From the NCBI GenBank assembly GCA_051251855.1, contig JBPOGI010000001.1:1312001-1376000 (forward strand): DNA of 64,000 nucleotides, written 5' to 3'. A model generated the notes under the pieces. That model was not told the DNA's origin. It did not search any database and worked only from the letters and a program-made list of their open reading frames with translations. The position numbers were made by a program, and so were the translations under genes. The DNA comes from Roseibacillus sp. Its GTDB lineage: Bacteria; Verrucomicrobiota; Verrucomicrobiia; Verrucomicrobiales; Akkermansiaceae. Below, one piece after another: positions 28,934 through 38,567 of this stretch (the first letter of the stretch is position 1; each line of letters begins with the position of its first letter).

Positions 28934-29372
28934 TCCACCTGAGCCTTCCGCGACCCCCAGCGATTCCTCCCCAGGAAATGATTTCGAGGCCTCTTTCCAA
29001 AAGGAAGTCAATGTCCCCCAGCTGGAGTTCGACACCCTAGAGCTCGACTACATGCTGACTCACACCTCCGGCCCTCAAATTTTCCGCGCCATCGTTCACT
29101 ACTACTATCAGCGCGAACTCACCCAGAACGGGACCCAAGAGCTCCCTCTCATTCGAGCCGGAGCCGTTCTCACCCCCGCCGACTACCCCCTCCAGTCCAA
29201 CCATACAAAACCCATTCACCACCTGGGTCATCAGCGCTTCTTCGATCTCGACCTCCTCCCCGAGCCCCTCGATGCCGGCGAGAACACTATCGAATGGATC
29301 AAAATCAACCGCGACCATACCGACCTCCTCGATCGCGATGAACTCGACCTCAGCGACATCTTTTCCACATAA
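28914..29372 (+). CDS. Hypothetical protein
   Basis: MNSNTSDPP... overlaps the previous gene, with codon usage like its neighbours. Confidence 0.55.
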   Translation: MNSNTSDPPEPSATPSDSSPGNDFEASFQKEVNVPQLEFDTLELDYMLTHTSGPQIFRAIVHYYYQRELTQNGTQELPLIRAGAVLTPADYPLQSNHTKPIHHLGHQRFFDLDLLPEPLDAGENTIEWIKINRDHTDLLDRDELDLSDIFST

Positions 29373-29401
29373 CTCACAACTCACAACTCACAACTCACAA
29401 C
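29371..29401 (+). repeat. Heptamer tandem repeat (AACTCAC) x4.4
   Basis: aactcac aactcac aactcac aactcac aac fills the whole spacer between a TAA stop and a GTG start. Confidence 0.9.
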
Positions 29402-29797
29402 GTGCCCCAACTCATTCGCCATATCGACGAAATCGCTCGCCAAAAGCAGCGGGACGTCATCTTCCTCAGCTTCTCGAACAACGAATGGTCCGCCCCTAAC
29501 AAGACTGCTCGCCAAGAGGCCGTCACCTGGTTGGAGGCCCACACCATCCCCTACGAGCCCTGCGGCCTCATGGCCAACGAGCATTGTATGCCCAGCTACG
29601 AAGGACATCTCTACCTCGATATTCCACCTGCTCAAGACAACCCCCTCTTCCAAAAAATCCTCGCCCACTTCGAGCACGAGGACGGCAGCAGCAAATTCCC
29701 CCACACCCTCATCTACTCCATGGACCTCGCCATGGCCCTCAAAAACAAACACCACGACGAACCCGGCTTCTGGGAACGCCAAGCTGAGAACTTCTAG
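29402..29797 (+). CDS. Hypothetical protein
   Basis: 131-aa ORF (MPQLIRHIDEIARQKQRDVIFLSF...HHDEPGFWE) with coding-like composition. Confidence 0.7.
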   Translation: MPQLIRHIDEIARQKQRDVIFLSFSNNEWSAPNKTARQEAVTWLEAHTIPYEPCGLMANEHCMPSYEGHLYLDIPPAQDNPLFQKILAHFEHEDGSSKFPHTLIYSMDLAMALKNKHHDEPGFWERQAENF

Positions 29798-29841
29798 CAT
29801 CAAGCGCCCCCCAGTGGCGGATAAACTTCAACATATCCGCC

Positions 29842-29907
29842 ATGACCAACTCATCCCTTTGGCAGCATCCTGACTTTCCCTCGTTCTACTGGAATGAGTA
29901 TGCCTAG
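29842..29907 (+). pseudogene. Truncated N-terminus of a Fic/DUF4172-like gene
   Basis: MTNSSLWQHPDFPSFYW resembles the DUF4172 start WIWQxPDWPxFxW. It is preceded by the perfect inverted repeat TGGCGGATA...TATCCGCCA (29815-29842). Confidence 0.45.
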
Positions 29908-30036
29908 AGCATCCAATTTAGCCTAGAAATCGCCCCACAAGGTCAAACAATTTCGGCAAAAGAGAATTGAACACCATCAACGGAATATCCAACATCCTCA
30001 CAGAATTAGTAGAGACCTCCCCCAAGAAATTAAGAC

Positions 30037-31788
30037 ATGCCCCCTGAATCCGAAAAAACTGAAACCGAAGCCAACACTTTACTAAGGTCCAAGGCCTATG
30101 AAATCCTAGAAAGTTTCTTAAAGAAGACTGATGAGTGTACAAAAACTGTTCTAGCTTCCAACGGTAATGAAAGAGCAATCTCATTAAAACTCAAACGTGA
30201 TGGCGACACAGATGAGCTTTCTAAATCGACTCACGGAGACATCCACACTTATACAGCCTTGGTAGGGTCAGACACCTTAACTGGCAGTGAACAAACGTTC
30301 GAAATCAAATTTCGAACCCTGTTTTCGGAAGGACTTTGTAAATTCTCGCTCTATAGTCCAACACTCGGAATCAACCATCCTGAAGCTTACGAGTGCCTCA
30401 CAATCGATTCGGAAAAGGCTCTATTCGACCTTGGAGATTTTAATTCAATTAGCGGAGCAACCAAAAACCGTAGTGAATATTACTCCGAGATCTTCGAAAG
30501 AGCATTTGGCAAAACACGCTTCAAAATTGATGAAGAAAACAAAGTCACCTACTCTGAGAGTAATGAAGCAACCGGAGATGCCGTAGCTGACAAAGATAGA
30601 TTCCTCGATCTACTTGCTTTCATAGTTTTCAGGAGGTCTCTGATTAAAAGCAATGAGAGTCATTGGCTTGGTGAAAAATTTCTGAGCAACTGGGAAGGTT
30701 TTCTAGAAAAAGACAAAAGCAGGGGAAAAATAGCAGTCAACGGCAATGCAGAAACAACCCTAAGTGCTACTCTTATAAATAAGGGACTCGTTTTCTCACC
30801 ACCCGACTTGGAAAGGATTGTTCGGGCATACAACTCAGGAAAGCACATCATTCTCTCTGGGGCACCAGGATGCGGAAAGACAGAATTGGCGGAGTGCATC
30901 GCCATAGCCGCAGGAAAAGAAAAGGAGTCTATAACCTGTACCGCAAGCCCCAGTTGGACCTCTGACGACCTGATCGGGAGATATCTCCCTTCCCCTGATG
31001 GAAAGGGTCTCGATTTTGCGGAAGGCTTCCTCCTAAAAGCACTTAAGAAACAAGACAACATCCTCATCATCGATGAGATCAACCGATGTGATTTGGATTC
31101 CTGTTTCGGAGAACTATTTACGGTTCTCTCGGGCAAGACAGCAAGACTCCCCTTTAAGATGAAGGCTGACGGCGAGTATGCTGACATCAGAATCGTCCCC
31201 TCTGGAAAGGCCTCCACGACGTCTGAGACCATTGACTACCCTGTAAGCGAACATTTCCGTATCATCGGGACAATGAACAACTACGACCGCTCACGACTTC
31301 ATCAGTTTTCCAACGCTCTGAAAAGGCGCTTCTGTATTATTCAACTTTCGCCACCAGAAAAAAGCGTCCAAATTGATCTCATCAGGGGCTGGCTTAACTA
31401 CACACCGGAAGGACTCCCGAACTACTGGAAGCAACTTTTCGTCGAAGAGCAGTCTCTACTTGATTCCCAATGCGTCACGCTAGCAATTATCAAAGACGCC
31501 TGCAAATACGCCCTTGACGAAAAAGACGCTATCGGAAACAGGATGCTCGAGGCACACCAAACAGCACTCGCTGATGCTCTCGCTCTATTTATTATTCCAA
31601 ATATTGATCCAGAGCAACCTGGCGTTGACCTGAAAATGGCTTGGAACAGTATTAGGGCGGCTTTCAAAGACAACAAAACGGAACAAGAAACCATCCAAGA
31701 AGCCTTTAAGCATACTGACTGGTATGAAAACGCAGATGATTTTCATCCCGGAATCTCCGCAGCCATCACCAACTGGGACGCTCTGTAG
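30037..31788 (+). CDS. McrB-like AAA+ NTPase
   Basis: HIILSGAPGCGKT, WTSDDLIG, LIIDEINR, FGELFTVL, and the McrB-type IIGTMNNYDRS...ALKRRF. Confidence 0.85.
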   Translation: MPPESEKTETEANTLLRSKAYEILESFLKKTDECTKTVLASNGNERAISLKLKRDGDTDELSKSTHGDIHTYTALVGSDTLTGSEQTFEIKFRTLFSEGLCKFSLYSPTLGINHPEAYECLTIDSEKALFDLGDFNSISGATKNRSEYYSEIFERAFGKTRFKIDEENKVTYSESNEATGDAVADKDRFLDLLAFIVFRRSLIKSNESHWLGEKFLSNWEGFLEKDKSRGKIAVNGNAETTLSATLINKGLVFSPPDLERIVRAYNSGKHIILSGAPGCGKTELAECIAIAAGKEKESITCTASPSWTSDDLIGRYLPSPDGKGLDFAEGFLLKALKKQDNILIIDEINRCDLDSCFGELFTVLSGKTARLPFKMKADGEYADIRIVPSGKASTTSETIDYPVSEHFRIIGTMNNYDRSRLHQFSNALKRRFCIIQLSPPEKSVQIDLIRGWLNYTPEGLPNYWKQLFVEEQSLLDSQCVTLAIIKDACKYALDEKDAIGNRMLEAHQTALADALALFIIPNIDPEQPGVDLKMAWNSIRAAFKDNKTEQETIQEAFKHTDWYENADDFHPGISAAITNWDAL

Positions 31789-31799
31789 GACCAATTTGG

Positions 31800-33101
31800 A
31801 TGAACAGTGAAGAACTAGCACAGAAGGAGAAAGACCTTTTTTTGGACCTAAGCAGATGGCTCATTTTAGAAGCCACAGTGACGGGAAAAAGTAGAATCAC
31901 ATGGCTCAGATTCTTCCTTGCGCATTGTGTTGATGAAGTCTCGCTCGATCTCGAGAAGGAGTTGATAAGAGCGTTCAAAATAGTGCACCCAATCTTCCTT
32001 GAAGGTGAGCAAGCTCTTTGTGAAATCGTTGACAATCTCTGTTTCACCTCCACCTCTCAAACAACCCTCAGTCACCCATCAAAGCATACTGATTGGGCTA
32101 AAAGCTTATCGAAAAGTCCATCAGGAATCCTCACCCGATTCATCGATAAACCGCGAAAAAATCGCTACCACGCTCAACTCCTTTCCGCTTTGTTTCGTCT
32201 CATCGGGGACCAACTGTCAATTTTAGAAACCTTCTGCGGCGGCCAACAGAGCATCGAGGGCCGAATGCGAAGATTAAAAGCCGCAGCCAAAAAACTACAA
32301 AATCATGCCTCGAACAAGTTCGATAACCGACAAAGATTCACCAAAGAAATAAAGCATCACCTGTTCATTGGCTACCCTCACCAAGCCGTCCGGGTATCTG
32401 CTATGCTCTCTTTTCTCCACGACGAACTTGACCCAATCACTGACGCAACAGCCTTTCAATCCTTCCTCGAAAGGATAGCTCACATCTTTGTTGCAGAGAA
32501 CTCCGATCATTTACTCGAGGTGATTTGTCGCCTCGCCATTGCAAAGGCTGCTTACGATGAGGGCTTTAAAATCGAAAAAATCGTCACCGAAAATAGCCGT
32601 TCAAAAAAGGAACTCACAGTCGAAATGCGAAATGCTGAGGGGGTACCCTTTTTGATTAGTAAGGGCCGTAGATTCATTAAAGAGAATACCCAGTCAAACG
32701 ATTTATCCTCTCAGATCCAAAATTGTGGGCGAGCAATGGGTGATTTTCCTTCCGGGCTAGAACCCGATATTTGCATCAAGTTCAATGATCGGATTTTTCT
32801 CGGTGACGCCAAGAGGAACCCAACTGGCGACGGAAGGGCCTACCGGGCAAGTTCAATCAAAACCTGCGCGAGCTATCTCCTAGAATACAAAAACGAAATC
32901 GAAAATTCCCATCCTAAGCTTACTCTCTTCTTTCTGCAGGGAGGCTCAAAAATCGCGAACATCACACGTGATTACATTGAGAGAGATGGCCTCCCAGATT
33001 GCAGACAAATTCCAATAATTGGCTTGGGTCTAGATCAAGATGATTTTGAAGGAACAGTCATTATGAAATGGTTTCAAAAAATCTCTGAAATCTCTGCATA
33101 G
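31800..33101 (+). CDS. McrC-like PD-(D/E)xK nuclease partner
   Basis: Directly downstream of the McrB-like gene. TDWAKSL and LEPDICI...FLGDAK match the expected motifs. Confidence 0.6.
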   Translation: MNSEELAQKEKDLFLDLSRWLILEATVTGKSRITWLRFFLAHCVDEVSLDLEKELIRAFKIVHPIFLEGEQALCEIVDNLCFTSTSQTTLSHPSKHTDWAKSLSKSPSGILTRFIDKPRKNRYHAQLLSALFRLIGDQLSILETFCGGQQSIEGRMRRLKAAAKKLQNHASNKFDNRQRFTKEIKHHLFIGYPHQAVRVSAMLSFLHDELDPITDATAFQSFLERIAHIFVAENSDHLLEVICRLAIAKAAYDEGFKIEKIVTENSRSKKELTVEMRNAEGVPFLISKGRRFIKENTQSNDLSSQIQNCGRAMGDFPSGLEPDICIKFNDRIFLGDAKRNPTGDGRAYRASSIKTCASYLLEYKNEIENSHPKLTLFFLQGGSKIANITRDYIERDGLPDCRQIPIIGLGLDQDDFEGTVIMKWFQKISEISA

Positions 33102-33138
33102 GGCTCAAACCACCTCAGAGTTTGGGGAAACAAGCCAT

Positions 33139-33663
33139 TTAAAACCTCCCCGCCCACTGCGCTGTCTTTTTCAGCAGTGGTGACGCTGATTGGAGGGTCT
33201 TGACCAGGCGGCGATGTTGCTTGAGGTATTGTTCGAGCACCCGTAAGGCGTCTTCCCCCATCTCTTGGCCAGCGAAGAGTTCCTTGCTACGTTCGGCAAA
33301 GTCGAGGCCGGGTTGAAGGCTTTCGCTCCCCAGCTCTGCTCCCACGGGATAGTGGCTGAGGAAGAGTCGCTCCTTCTTCTTCCCGGCTAGGGCCCAGCCA
33401 TCGATCATCCAGGTCGGCGAACCAAGAGCATCTCCATGAAGAAGCTCAATCAACTTCATCTCGACTTCCCAGAGGCTCTGAATGGTCGCCAAACTCATCC
33501 CTGCAATTCTCAGATACACCACCTGCCGAACACATTCGAACAGGCGCGGGTAGACCTCTTCTACCTCAAAGGCCTGCCCTTCCAAGCCCAGCGCTCGCAG
33601 GACTGCCCCGACTTCATCCTTGCGGCACAAGAGGTCGCACGCGATTTGCTTTCTTAGGTCCAT
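33139..33663 (-). CDS. Hypothetical protein, MerR-like HTH possible
   Basis: VRQVVYLRIAGMSLATIQSLW resembles the MerR helix pair. Confidence 0.5.
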   Translation of the reverse strand: MDLRKQIACDLLCRKDEVGAVLRALGLEGQAFEVEEVYPRLFECVRQVVYLRIAGMSLATIQSLWEVEMKLIELLHGDALGSPTWMIDGWALAGKKKERLFLSHYPVGAELGSESLQPGLDFAERSKELFAGQEMGEDALRVLEQYLKQHRRLVKTLQSASPLLKKTAQWAGRF

Positions 33664-33707
33664 GATTTCTTAAAGCTACCGAGTATAAAAAACCCACTGC
33701 CCACCAG

Positions 33708-34262
33708 CTAAACCTCAAACACTCCCTCGATCCCAAACTTCTTCACAGCGGCGGCGGCCATCTCTTCGTCGAAGAGGTTGCTCGTGAAATCAAAGTCCTC
33801 GCTCCGCAGCAGCTTCTCGAAAAACACCTTTGGGTCCATCCCTAGAATAATCTGCAAATAGGAGGCAAACTCATCGAAGGAAACGGCACAGAACTTTCGC
33901 CACTCTTCCACGGTCTCTTCCCGTTCATCAAGAATGCGGTAAGGATCCAGCATTTCTACTTTCCCGTCTTCGAGCCGAACCGGGTAAGGTGAGCCTCCGG
34001 TCTTTGACAACCACTCGTCAAAGCGCTCAGGGAAACACGTTCGCAATCCCCAGTCGAGAAAGGCGGCCCCATACCATGAGAAACGAAAGCGGTCTTCCGA
34101 ATCCTCCAGCAAATACCGCTCCTCCCCTGCCACCACCTCCAAGACCACCGCGCCACGATGGGTCAGGATGCCGTCGGTTTCGGGAGCTTGGTGCTTTTGC
34201 CAATAGGCCAAAAGCTCAGAAGGAAATTGATTGTAAAAGTAGTCGCGCAAGGGGGAAGACAT
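33708..34262 (-). CDS. Hypothetical protein
   Basis: 184-aa ORF in a minus-strand gene run. Confidence 0.6.
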   Translation of the reverse strand: MSSPLRDYFYNQFPSELLAYWQKHQAPETDGILTHRGAVVLEVVAGEERYLLEDSEDRFRFSWYGAAFLDWGLRTCFPERFDEWLSKTGGSPYPVRLEDGKVEMLDPYRILDEREETVEEWRKFCAVSFDEFASYLQIILGMDPKVFFEKLLRSEDFDFTSNLFDEEMAAAAVKKFGIEGVFEV

Positions 34263-34316
34263 CTTTGCAGAGTTTGGTGATTTGAGACCTGTTTGAAAAG
34301 CTCAGAAGAAGAGAAT

Positions 34317-34733
34317 CTAGCTGATTCTCCCAATCTCGGCCAACGCCCTCCGCGCTCGCGCATCGGCATCCCTCTCCACAGGATTGAGTTGCCAGAGTTC
34401 CCAAAAGCCCGCCCATCGTTTCTCACGATGAAGAATACGCACCCAGTGGACGAGATAGAACCAACCGAGCAAGAGCGAAACACCCAAAGGAGACCAGGCC
34501 CGCATTTGTTCTTGATGACCTTCCTCATGAGCCAAGACCCACTCGTTATCTCCACCGGGAGTGACCATGATCAATCCCGGTAAGGCTAACCCGAGCGCGC
34601 CCGACTTCCAAAGACGCTGCACCCGCACCACGCGCGCGGGCACAAACCAGACCCACGCCCATAGGGCCATGTTGACTACTACGAAGACCAGCAGCCCTGC
34701 TAAATTCAGTTTCAAACTCAAGAGATGTTCCAT
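34317..34733 (-). CDS. Membrane-anchored HExxH zincin-like protein
   Basis: Hydrophobic N-terminus; LAHEEGHQEQ...NPVERDA. Confidence 0.6.
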   Translation of the reverse strand: MEHLLSLKLNLAGLLVFVVVNMALWAWVWFVPARVVRVQRLWKSGALGLALPGLIMVTPGGDNEWVLAHEEGHQEQMRAWSPLGVSLLLGWFYLVHWVRILHREKRWAGFWELWQLNPVERDADARARRALAEIGRIS

Positions 34734-34742
34734 TTTTTTGTT

Positions 34743-35030
34743 CTAATATTTTCGATTACTATACTCGGTTTCACAGTCACTGCAGATGGTCGCGGCGCCG
34801 GGTCCAAACGCTTTCACAAGCACCCAAATCGGAAGCCCAAGAATCACAAATCCGCCCAAGCCAACCACCAGAACTCCAGAAACAACGCCTTCCAAGCTCG
34901 CCTCCGCAGCCCAACCGACCGCTACGCCCAGCATGAAAAAAACCAGGAGAAGGGGTTGCAGACAACCCATACGCTCTTCCTTTTTCGGCACCGTCCCACT
35001 CCGGCAATGTTCGCAGTATCTCTTAGTCAT
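34743..35030 (-). CDS. Small membrane protein with split CxxC...CxxC zinc ribbon (LITAF-like layout)
   Basis: MTKRYCEHC, two hydrophobic helices, then ICSDC. A GGAGG RBS lies upstream of the ATG at 35030. Confidence 0.6.
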   Translation of the reverse strand: MTKRYCEHCRSGTVPKKEERMGCLQPLLLVFFMLGVAVGWAAEASLEGVVSGVLVVGLGGFVILGLPIWVLVKAFGPGAATICSDCETEYSNRKY

Positions 35031-36117
35031 GGCTTCCTCCCTCCACTTGGGGCTCGCTACCATCGGGTAGGTCACTTCCCCTCTTCTCCGGGATCTTCGC
35101 GGCCCCCAACTGAGTCCTGACTTCCGCTAGCAGAGACTCCAGAACACCTTCCGAAATACCCCGCCCGGTCTGTAAAAAGCGGTGCCATACCAGAATAGCG
35201 ACCTCCTTAAACAAAGACTCCGGCAGTTCAGAAAGAGCCATCTCTTTTGGAAGCGCAAAGCCATAGCTGATGCGCTCTTGGGGCAGCGTGAGGGGATGCT
35301 TCTCACCGGCCTCGATACGGATGGAAATCGAGGCTCGGTTCCAAGGCTTTCGCGCCACCGCACCCTCCACAACGACCACCCCTCCCAGGATTTGCAGCTG
35401 GTAGAGATTGGGCACCAGAACGCACAACTCCTCGGATCGGACTTCGACTCTCATCACTTGGTCCGAATCCAAGTTCAAAGGAAAATGCCCATCAGCAAAA
35501 GTGTTCGCGATCACCTCTGGGCTCTCCAACATCAGATGGCAAGGATACTCCCCAGTCACCTGGTGCTGCTTCTTCATGAAGGGAGGAAAGAGCCGCCAGT
35601 CGGCTTCCCACAGCGGGCGCAAAGAACCACCTCTCTGGTAACTCTCGTCTTCCCCCCGAGAAGGAAAGGTCAGGAGACTCAAACAGGATAGAAGTTCATT
35701 CTTAAGAACAAAAAAACCTAACTGCTCGAACTTAGAGACCAAGTCAGTTGCCAGCACATCCAGCTCCTCAAGCCCCATGTTCTTCAAGTCAAAATCAAGC
35801 TCAACCGTCTCGAAAAGAACCGCAACGTTCTTGGAACTCTCAACCGGGGAGCCCATATCCTTCAGGCGCGCTCCTGGCAGCAGGAGATACTGGGACTGTT
35901 CTCCCGGAACGGCGACCAGCCAAAACCGCAACCACAACACGAGGGAACAACCCACCCTCTTATCGGATAGAGCCCGTTCTGGAGTCTCGGCCACGAAGTA
36001 GTCATGCCCTTTCCCGGAGCCCCCGAGCGTCAGTTCGTCCACAATCTTCTTGAACGAAGGCTCCTGCAGGACAGGCCGAGAACGCTCGTCATCGAGCAAC
36101 TCAATGGCTAGGCCCAT
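35023..36117 (-). CDS. Hypothetical protein
   Basis: 364-aa ORF overlapping both neighbours in the operon. Confidence 0.6.
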   Translation of the reverse strand: MGLAIELLDDERSRPVLQEPSFKKIVDELTLGGSGKGHDYFVAETPERALSDKRVGCSLVLWLRFWLVAVPGEQSQYLLLPGARLKDMGSPVESSKNVAVLFETVELDFDLKNMGLEELDVLATDLVSKFEQLGFFVLKNELLSCLSLLTFPSRGEDESYQRGGSLRPLWEADWRLFPPFMKKQHQVTGEYPCHLMLESPEVIANTFADGHFPLNLDSDQVMRVEVRSEELCVLVPNLYQLQILGGVVVVEGAVARKPWNRASISIRIEAGEKHPLTLPQERISYGFALPKEMALSELPESLFKEVAILVWHRFLQTGRGISEGVLESLLAEVRTQLGAAKIPEKRGSDLPDGSEPQVEGGSHD

Positions 36118-37072
36118 CGGTCACCTCCCTACCACCAAAGCGAAACAACTCTCCCGAAAAACACATCGGCATCTCCCTCCTCTTGACCTCTCGCTCGGTC
36201 CGCCTGCTCAGCCGCTTAATAGCGCCACCCACTTGCCCGCCATTACCACTTCGAGCCCAAACCGACTCCAAGGTCTCTGCACCTAGCCCAGTCATGCAGA
36301 GGGTATCGAGAAGAGGGCGACGGCAGAACCCAAACGCCAATCCCTCGCAAACAGCCTTCACATGCCGAACCGTGAACAAGCCGGAGCGCATCAAATACTC
36401 ATAACCATTATGATTCTCGACCCAGAGATACAGAAACGGCACCCGTTCGACATACCCTGTCTCCAGACAAGTCATCTCCATCACCGCCAAGATTCCGTCC
36501 GAGCCACGCTCTCGAAAGACATCCTTCCGAGCAGGTCCATAATAATTATGACGGCTTGTTCGTCGCCAAAGATCCTGATCCTTCAGTTGAACATGCTCAA
36601 ACTCCGCAATCCGCAACCGGGAGCGCCCATCATTGAAGCACTGACGGTCCTCACTCTCGAGAATCGCCATCAACTCGTCATCATAAACCGCCAGATTGGT
36701 CATCACGTGGAAGGTCGCTGGAGTCAGATCCTGATAGCTCTCCTTACGAGCGAGGTATCCCTTCGAGTAAAAAACGAAGGCACTCCAATCCACCCCCGCC
36801 GAAGGATGCCAGAGCACCGAGCTGAAATCACTGGGCTCCTGTTCCAGCTCCTTCACAAATAGATCGCTCAAGCGGCGGACCTCAAAATCCGGGGCCCACT
36901 GGAGGCTCATATCATAAAGATCCCGCCCCATGCGCCCCATGCGTCGGGGGCGACGCGGCGAAGGACGACGCTCACTCGGCCCAACTGGCTTAGCTGGCTC
37001 TGCCTCCTCATTGCTCAACCGGAAGTCCGGCTCCGCTTGCTCGTTTCTCTCTTTCATTTTCATCACTTTCAT
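36101..37072 (-). CDS. Hypothetical protein
   Basis: Long ORF with an AGGAG RBS before the ATG at 37072. Confidence 0.6.
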   Translation of the reverse strand: MKVMKMKERNEQAEPDFRLSNEEAEPAKPVGPSERRPSPRRPRRMGRMGRDLYDMSLQWAPDFEVRRLSDLFVKELEQEPSDFSSVLWHPSAGVDWSAFVFYSKGYLARKESYQDLTPATFHVMTNLAVYDDELMAILESEDRQCFNDGRSRLRIAEFEHVQLKDQDLWRRTSRHNYYGPARKDVFRERGSDGILAVMEMTCLETGYVERVPFLYLWVENHNGYEYLMRSGLFTVRHVKAVCEGLAFGFCRRPLLDTLCMTGLGAETLESVWARSGNGGQVGGAIKRLSRRTEREVKRREMPMCFSGELFRFGGREVTDGPSH

Positions 37073-37135
37073 AAACACAATTCTCCTATGAAAAGCCCAC
37101 CCGGGCCTTTCCACACAACCACTCTGACCCCAATC

Positions 37136-38437
37136 CTAACCAGCCTGAGAGAAGCCCACCGCTGGAGCCTTCTCCTCGGGCTTGACCGGCTTACCGCAGT
37201 AGACCTCCGCGAGGGAATAGGCCTCGCGCTCAACCTCTAACTGCCGCCCTAACTTCGTCGCCAACGCTTCCGCTTCAGCACGGGGCAGTAGCCCAAACTC
37301 GCGAAATGTCTTCAAGCGCCCCGAGCGCAACAGCGCTGGGTCAATCTTATCCACATGGGTATTGAAGGTCGCCACCACGTGGAGCCCCAGAGCCTGCCCC
37401 AAGATTCCATCCGTGCAGTTGAGCAAGTTACTCACCAAGGAGGCCTGGTAACCCGTGACCTGCTCGCGAGCCTGAATCAAGGCCTCGGCATCTTCCACAA
37501 TCAGCACCGTCCGCTTACCTTCTGGTCTTTTCTCCGCCAACTCAGCCCAGAACGAAAACGACTCAGGGCTCGAAATGGTCTCGAAATACTGGGTGGGCAA
37601 ATAGATAATTTGGTGCTGCGACTTAATGGTCGAAATCAAGTGCAGCAACAACGAGGTCTTTCCCACCCCGGGAGCACCCTGCAAGAGATGCAAACCCGAA
37701 CCGTCCTTCTCGAGCGAATCCAGCAACTGCTTTTGATAACCCAGAATTCCTTTCCCGCCGTAGTGCATGGTGAGTTCCTCCGGCGACATCTTTCGATCAT
37801 CCTCCATCTTCATGGGCGTTAGATTCAAATCTCCCCGGCGAGGGCACTTTGCCAAAAACTGCACCGTGGGCATCGTCCTTCGTGAGGAGGGCAACTCGTG
37901 CATGATGAAATACTTGTCCATCACCCTCTGCCACATCTCCTCACACTCCTCGTGCGAATCACTGACAATATCGACGAACCAGTTGATTCCCTTGTGCCCG
38001 CGAAAGCGAAGAAAGCGGCGATGAGACTCGTCACTCAGATTCACAATGAACTGATAGACCACCCGCAACTCACTCCCCACCTGACGAATCCCCAGGTAGT
38101 TGCCGCTTCGCAACTCTTTCCGAGGCGGCTCGAAGCATTCTTTGAACACCTTCTCATGAACCTCTGACCAAGTATCCCGGTCACTCAATCCATCCGTCTC
38201 GTCCCGAAGCGAAAACTCGATCTGCTCGTGAAAATCCTGCAACAGGTTCTCAATGCGAAAAATGCCTCCCAAACGAATGCGATGGAAAGGCCCCGCCCCC
38301 ATCTGGTGGGTGATGAGCGCCTCATCATCCTTATTAGCCAATTCGCACTCATTGAGAGCACGAACAGAGGGAAAAGGAGCATGAGACGGTGACTGCGGGG
38401 CGGGCTGAGACCGAGGTTTTGTGATAGAATTACTCAT
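37136..38437 (-). CDS. AAA+ ATPase (BCS1-like / DUF5925-type)
   Basis: LLQGAPGVGKT, LIVEDAE, SNLLNCTDG, ATFN, IDPALLRSGRL. Confidence 0.85.
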   Translation of the reverse strand: MSNSITKPRSQPAPQSPSHAPFPSVRALNECELANKDDEALITHQMGAGPFHRIRLGGIFRIENLLQDFHEQIEFSLRDETDGLSDRDTWSEVHEKVFKECFEPPRKELRSGNYLGIRQVGSELRVVYQFIVNLSDESHRRFLRFRGHKGINWFVDIVSDSHEECEEMWQRVMDKYFIMHELPSSRRTMPTVQFLAKCPRRGDLNLTPMKMEDDRKMSPEELTMHYGGKGILGYQKQLLDSLEKDGSGLHLLQGAPGVGKTSLLLHLISTIKSQHQIIYLPTQYFETISSPESFSFWAELAEKRPEGKRTVLIVEDAEALIQAREQVTGYQASLVSNLLNCTDGILGQALGLHVVATFNTHVDKIDPALLRSGRLKTFREFGLLPRAEAEALATKLGRQLEVEREAYSLAEVYCGKPVKPEEKAPAVGFSQAG

Positions 38438-38567
38438 AGACAGGGACGCCTTTCGATGACAGGATAGACGAAGTCAGAAAGACGAGACAAACTGTAAACA
38501 AGAAGACGGGGAACATCAAGATGTTTTTACGCTTCATCCTGTAATTTTAAATTTTCATCTATTTTCC

